Source: Lama glama
Taxonomy: Eukaryota
Length of the DNA: 64,000 nt
Assembly: GCA_028534125.1 (NCBI GenBank)
Contig: CM052832.1
Span: 19,222,001 to 19,286,000 of the forward strand
Direction: 5' to 3'
Below the pieces are notes generated by a model. That model ran no database searches. It was not told the origin of the DNA and saw only the letters and a list, made by a program, of their open reading frames with translations. Positions 61,706 to 64,000 of the stretch are shown in pieces. A program made the position numbers and the translations under genes. Numbering within the stretch: the stretch's first letter is position 1; every line of letters starts with the position of its first letter.

Positions 61706-62430
61706 GGATACTATTAAAGAGTAAATTAGAAAATATAAGTTTTGCTTTAGCAAACGTGAGTGCCTGACTTAGGAAAAGTCTGTGCCATACACAAGACTCA
61801 GCTGATCTGATCATTAGGCAAGGAATTGACGTTGTTTTTAGCTACAGAAAACCACTGACTGTTAGAGGCTTCCCCAAGCTTTAGTCTAAGAACTACTGGA
61901 CAGTTTCTTCGGGTAGCAAGTTAGAACCCTGAACTTACACTTTCAGCTGTAATTATCTTGGCAAGGTCATCCTTATTTTGTATCATTAAATCGTACCACT
62001 TTCGAAGTAAAGAACTCCTCTCCTGAAAAAGAAACGGAAAAAGAAATAGTGAAGAGACAAGTATAAGAGAGGCTATTAAATAATCTTCAATTTCCTACAG
62101 TATCTATTGTGTGGTCTCATTCTTGGGGGACACACACTGACCTTTCTTTTTCTTAAAATCGAGATATAGTTGACATACAACAGTATATTCATTTGGAATG
62201 TACAGACATTTCTTTGATATGTAATAACAAAGATCCAATTTCAAGTAGCATCGAACAGGGCGTACTAAGTCATAAATTGTAAAACAGAAAAAAGTTTCAT
62301 GGAGCAGGTATTATTGTTTATGGTAAATATGAATAACTTTAATTTCACCACACAAAGGTGTATTTCCCTATTTTTAAACAAACTTATTTTTAATTGCAGT
62401 AAAATACACATAACATAAAATTTAACATCT

Positions 62431-63278
62431 CTTTTTATTGAAGTATAATCAGTTTACAATGTTGTGTCAATTTCTGGTATACAGTACGGTGATTCAGTCA
62501 CACATAGACATACATATATTCCTTTTCACTATTGGTTACTACAAGATATTGAATATAGTTCCCTGTGCTATAGTAGAAACTTGTTGTTTATCTATTTTAT
62601 ATATAGCAGTTAGTATCTTCAAATCTCGAACTTCCAATTTATCCCTTCCCACTCCTTTTCCCCTTTGGTAACCATAAGTTTGTTTTCTATGTCTGTGAGT
62701 CTGTTTCTGTTTTGTAAGTAAGTTCATTTGTGGTTTTTTTTTTAAGATTCCACATATAAGTGATATTATATGGTATTTTTCTTTCTCTTTCTGGCATCAC
62801 TTAGTATGACAATCTCCAGGTCCATCCATGTTGTTGCAAATGGCATTATTTTATCATTTTTATGGGTGAGTAGTATTCCATTGTCTATATATATATCACA
62901 TCTTCTTTATCCAGTCATGTGTCGATGGACATTAAGGCTGCTTCCATGTCTTGGTTATTGTAAGTAGTGCTGCTATGAACACTGAGGTTCAGGTATCTTT
63001 TCAAATTAGTTTTTGTCTTTTCCAGATGTATACTCAGGAGTGGGGTTGCTGGATCATATGGTAAGTCTATTTTAAATTTTTTAAGGAATCTCCATACTGT
63101 CTTCCATAATGGCTACACCAAACTATATTCCCAGCAACAGTGTGGGAGGGTTCCCTTTTCTCCACACTCTCTCCAGCATTTATCATTCGTGGACTTTTCA
63201 ATGACGGCCATTCTGATTGGTGTGAGGTGATACCTCATTGTAGTTTTGATTTGTATTCTGATAATTAATGATATTGAG
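62431..63278 (-). mobile_element. Young lineage L1 3' end nested in an older L1MB-like 3' end (~62380-63575)
   Basis: ttattgaagtataatcagtttacaat...; CATAAAATTTAACATCT (62414-62430) / CATAACATTTAACACCT (63279-63295); host continues ttaatcacttttaagtgtgcagttcagtgg. Confidence 0.85.
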
Positions 63279-64000
63279 CATAACATTTAACACCTTAATC
63301 ACTTTTAAGTGTGCAGTTCAGTGGCCTTGAGTACATTCACATTGTTGTGCGACCATCACCACCATCCATCTCCAGAACGCTTTTCATCTTGCAAAAACTG
63401 AAACTCTGTCCCTATTAAACAATAACTCTCCATGCTCCCCAGCCTCTGACAATCACCATCCTACTTTCAGTCTCTAAGAATCTGACTACTCTAGGTAGTT
63501 TATATAGACAGACTCATACAACCTTTGTCGTTTTGTGACTGGCATATTTCACTCAACACAATGTCCTCAAGTACAGTTGTTTATTTTAATGACTTATTGG
63601 CAAGTTGAATTTGTCCCACAGACTGGGGTGGACATTGTGGGGTGTGTGAGGCATAAGAAAGGGTTTTTATACACTTAGGAAGAGGGCCCAAGCACAACAC
63701 TGTGGATGTACTTAATGCCACCAAACTGTACACTTGCAGATGGCTAAAATGGTAAATGTCATGTTATGTCCATTTCACCCTAATTTTTAAAAATTTCCAA
63801 AGAGGACGAAAGAATAGATTGGATTATTAACTATATTATGGAAGACAAGGTTTCCTTAAAAATTTTTTTTAAAGGAATTCATTTATATAAAATCATAAAA
63901 AAAAAAAAGAGGGCCCAGAGAGTCAGGTCAACTAGGCCACACAGAAACGCTCTAAAGGATGATGTGCCCCAGGGGCTCCAGCCTCCTGCATCTGAACAGG

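Overview
Mammalian genomic DNA, most likely camelid, judged from several tRNA-Ala-like SINEs resembling vic-1. Two convergent (tail-to-tail) multi-exon genes are present. On the + strand is the 3' part of KIAA0319 (PKD-domain type I membrane protein): 17 coding exons traced with consistent reading phase from 59 to the TAA at 35983, human-equivalent exons 4-7 and 9-21. Exon 8 is absent and probably lies in the 500-N gap at 5477-5976. On the - strand is ALDH5A1 (succinate-semialdehyde dehydrogenase), exons 3-9 from 61138 down to 44787; terminal coding exon 10 is absent and probably lies in the gap at 44200-44699. Exon numbering and human comparisons come from my recall of the human genes, not from a search. 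The rest is intron/UTR with L1, L2, MIR, MaLR/ERV LTRs, MER58/MER2-like DNA transposons, SINEs and microsatellites; repeat family names are by eye. I found no convincing new multi-gene system. The most unusual signals are: a tailless, TSD-flanked 5' half of tRNA-Cys(GCA); a tailless TSD-flanked 66-bp insert resembling an L1 5' terminus; three empty or near-empty duplications at L1 endonuclease-like sites; one GC-AG intron (AG|GCAAGT) in each gene; and Cys at the ALDH5A1 position equivalent to human H180Y.
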